DNA from: Chiloscyllium plagiosum
Lineage: Eukaryota
DNA: 64,000 nt
Direction: 5' to 3'
Assembly (NCBI RefSeq): GCF_004010195.1
Contig: NC_057718.1
Coordinates: 46,497,236-46,561,235, forward strand
The position numbers were made by a program, and so were the translations under genes. Numbering within the stretch: the first letter of the stretch is position 1; each line of letters begins with the position of its first letter. Shown here in pieces: positions 60,039-64,000 of the stretch. The notes under the pieces were generated by a model that searched no databases, was not told the DNA's origin, and saw only the letters and a list, made by a program, of their open reading frames with translations.

Positions 60039-62499
60039 TCTGTAAGGTGAGTGACAATCCTATGGAGAATTACCATTGCATGAATTTGTCCCCACTGTGG
60101 AGAAAAGTAAAATACTATGATGACTATCACAACTGACATGTTTCTTTCCACTTGTACAAATTCAAGACAGAAGATAACCTTGTTAATCTTAGAAGGCTCA
60201 GGCCTCCCTCAAACACAGACCCTCAGCAAGAACACCAATCCTCCACAATCACTTTGTACACTTCTCAACTCAAGTCAAAAGTTTGCGAACCTGAAATGTT
60301 CCTTTCCAACTACATCATTTTAAACGTAACCGGCAAAGGCAAGTTTAGCACTCAGCTGACTCAACCATCAACTTTGGAGCTGGTCTCAAAAAGATCCAAG
60401 TCTACGAGGTTGTGGTTCTTGCATTAAATCTCCAAGGCTGAGTTTTCAGACAATGCATTGCTCCTTTACTATTTAAGATCTAGCTGCAGCATCAAATGCA
60501 TGGACAACTTCCTGTACTGCAAAGGTCCCGAAATCTGTTGCACACCTGATAACGTTTGGAGTGCAACTCCACTGGGTTGGCCATATGATTGGCATGAAGG
60601 AATCCTATGTATCAATGGAACCATTCTGCCAATGCCACAAGGCATCCCAAAATCAGATACAAAATGTTCTGAAAGCCAATTTCAGAGCGTGTAAAGTTGA
60701 ACCCCACTAAATGGGAGTAAAACAATCCTTAATCGTCCAAATTGAGAAATCAATCTTGGCATTTGAGGAGAATAGATACAGGTTCCTAAGAGACAAGGCG
60801 ACTGACTTCACCCATCAATAATGGCTTCGTATTCAATATTTATAATCAGATCTTCAAATTACAATTTGGTTTCGCATCACACATGATTATACCAACACAT
60901 ACAGTGACCAATTTAATCTCCAAACTGAAATAGCAGGGGAGACCATCACTGTTCCTCCTAAACCAATCATTCACAATGAAATTGAACATTTAAATGGATT
61001 GCAAAAGCCTAGAATGATTTATTTAAAAACTTAGGACAGGCACAGGCTCATGAAAGAATGTCAATTAATATGTTAACGTCTTCTTTATGTTTTATCTTTC
61101 AGGTTTGAATTTTGCTAATCAATAACCGTCAGAGTCTTTTTCACTTCAGAGTATCAGAACTCTAATACAGTGGTTTGGGGTCAGTATTTCTAACCTCTTT
61201 TCTACTTTATTTAAGTAGAAAGAACAGTTATTTTTGGATGTAGCACATAGCACCAAATGGAAACACAACAGGAACGGATGTGCAAGTGCACTGAACCCAC
61301 ATTGGCTGCCAGTGTCAGGAGCAGATACTCTGCAAAATCTCTGCAATGATATTAAAGTAACAAAATGGCTGCATCCATAGAGGGAACAACCACCCCACTC
61401 CCACTGATTAAACTGCCGCAATTTACAATAAAGCAGACCATGAAAATACATAAAATAAAAAAAGAGTTTATTTACAATATAATTTTTGTTCTCTCCTATG
61501 TGGTTAAGGTTTAATGCAGTAAACTTCCCACACCACAGGTATCACAGATGGACGGTGTTTGGTCCCCTAATCCCAGGAGTAATGTGTCTAAGACAACATG
61601 ATTTAAAATATACTTCTCAAGTATTTCATTCACAACAATTTAAATTGATTTTTGCCAGAAGAAATCACATTCAATTTTCCAAGTCTTTAAATTCATTGGA
61701 AATTCAGAATCTCATTTGCTTAAATTTTCTGTTTGGAGATCTTCAGCACCCACTGAATCATCAGAAACATGTTTAACAGAGGGAACAGTTGGTAAATGAT
61801 TAGTGTGGAGAAAAGATCCTGTAATTGTTTGAGGACTGCACAGCATTGCAAGTCCATGTCAAGGCAATTCGTTGGCTCAAATACAGTAACAGCTGACTCT
61901 GAGACCTCCATTGCACATGTGCAGGAAACACTCCCCATAGGGTTGCAGCATAAATAAACACAGCCTGATTTATATAACATATTTAAATGACTTCAAAGTC
62001 AATAAAATAAAGTTTAATCATTGTTGTCAAGTGGGAAACATGTCACAAGATCCCACAAGTTACATAATAATGGGCAAGGTTATAAACGAATGGCTCAAAA
62101 TAGTGATGGCATTTAAGGGGTAAATGCTGGGCAGAAAAAGGCTTCGGACTTCGGAGTGTGATGGAATCTTGTATAACAGCCCAGAGGGAACATAGGATCT
62201 CAATTGATTGACATCGTTGAAAGGTGGCACATTCAATAGTGCAGCACTGAAATGTCACTTTAAATGCTCTGGACTGAAACTAAACCCATGAGCTTTTAAC
62301 ATACAAGTGAAAACACAAATGGGAGATTCATATAACAAATGAATAACTTGATTTTAGCCTCTAATAGCAGGAAACTAATGACTAGCCCATTACTCCTCTG
62401 GTATCTTTTAAAAAAAAACTAAAGTTTATTGTAAATGCTACTGGTATGAAGAAATTGGAAAGGTAGTACAAGTATTATTAAGGCAATAATTCTTTATAT

Positions 62500-63330
62500 T
62501 TATTTGAAGGAAGGTAAAGGCCGGGGTGAAATGTATGCTGGGCGGTGGAGAAAAGCAAGAGGAGAAACAGTAAAGCCTTTGGCCATCATTCTCCAATCCT
62601 TTATAGCTACAGGTGTGGTACAGGAGGATTGGGTAACAAGTAACATTGGTCTATACATGTGTCCTTTTTAATAAAATGATACAATCAGCATAACCCCTCA
62701 GGCAGAAAAATCATTGGAAAACTTTCTGATGAACAAGTGAGCCTTCATTTAGAAAGGTACAGATCAATCAACGACACTCAGCACACAGATTTGTTAGATG
62801 AAGGTCATGACTAACTCAACAAGGTGAATTTTTTTTTCCCCCCCTCGGTGGTGGCAAGTTAATGTATTTGATGTTACCTACATAGGTTTTTGCAAGGCTT
62901 TTTGATAAGGCTGACTGGTCACAAAAGTAAAGCCTTTGGGAGCCAAGACAAAACAGCACATCAGTCCAAAATTGAATCACAGGCAGAAAAAAAAGCCTAG
63001 TGCATATTTATGTGACTGGAAGACTACTTCCAGAAGACCTCCAAAACAGGCAGTATCAGATCCCTTACTTTTTTATGATACGTATCAATGATTTGTAAGG
63101 TGTGCAATTAAGAAGTTTGCAGGTAATACAGAAGTTGGCCATGTTGTTGATAAAGAACAAAAATGCTGTAGAATGCAGGAAGTCAATAGACTTCAAGTGG
63201 GTACAAGTGGCAGATTAATTTCCATTCAGAAAAGTATGAAATAATGCATTTAAAGAAGGCTAATAAGGCAAGAGAATGCATTACAAATTGTTAAATACAG
63301 AAGGACACATGAGCATAAGGTCCCTGGACA
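62500..63330 (+). mobile_element. Heavily decayed CR1 RT fragment
   Basis: TGVVQEDW, F.KAFDK, YINDL and KFAGNTEVG remnants. Confidence 0.7.
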
Positions 63331-64000
63331 AATGGCTAGAAATTCCTGGAATCATTCACGCTCTAAAATACATTATTTGTTGTATGAATATCCTACAATA
63401 ACACTACAATCAATTAGGGATAGAACAAGGGATAAAAGTAGTCTCCTGAACCAGAAAGTCACCTCCTTTAACACGATCAATTTTATCAGCTAAGAAAAAG
63501 GGCTTCCTCACCACACTCCCTTCATGGAGATCAAATTGGTCCTGACCCAGAACCATATAACCTTTCATCACCAACACTATCTCCCTTCCCAAATCTTCCT
63601 TTTCACTTTACCCCGCACATTCCTTCTCCTGAGAGAGAGATATCTAGTCTAATCATTTCTTTCATTACTTCTTCTCCTCCATCCTCCTTTTGATCCCCAT
63701 CTCTTCCTGGGTTTTTCTCTGGCATCTATTCTGACCAAATATTTAATTTCCATCATTTGATTTTAATATCAGAGGTGTTCACAGATTGAACAAACTTGTA
63801 AAAAAAAAGGACAAATACGAACTCAAAATATCTGCAATCACCTGACCAGATTGAACCAAGCTCATGAAATCAGTTATCACAAATTATTCTGGGCCAAAAT
63901 TACCATTGTTTTAAACAGGCACCAAAAGACAGAATGACATCTTATGATTGATTCACACTTTTACAGATATTACACATTACAGCAGAAGTCACCTTCAAAT

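Noticed and set aside
1..64000. CRISPR arrays, tRNA, rRNA or snoRNA genes
   Set aside because: No regularly spaced repeat-spacer array. The tRNA-like A/B boxes belong to SINE heads, and I saw no convincing C/D or H/ACA box arrangement.

Overview
Vertebrate nuclear DNA, almost certainly from an elasmobranch (HE1-type V-SINEs, Deu-domain SINEs, abundant CR1 LINEs), with one 518-N assembly gap at 20975-21492. The window lies inside a minus-strand gene recognisable as RPS6KC1. Three internal coding exons splice in frame: 52134-52249 (end of the PX domain), 31291-31384 (linker) and 5702-6082 or 5702-6067 (acidic linker plus first part of the MIT domain). Neither end of the gene is in the window. 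The introns are a layered collection of decayed CR1/L2-type LINEs, tRNA-derived SINEs, Tigger-type MITEs, solo LTRs and Penelope-like elements (PLEs). The most notable signals are: (1) short, largely non-coding, fold-back PLE derivatives with 12-15 bp target duplications and head-to-head minimal hammerhead ribozyme motifs; (2) a 138-bp inverted duplication of non-repeat-looking DNA about 100 nt downstream of a splice donor; (3) an in-frame tandem splice acceptor; (4) a frame-closed three-exon block flanked by inverted SINEs; (5) a small template-switch scar. Repeat family names come from motif recognition by eye. Boundaries are approximate unless a TSD or TIR is quoted.
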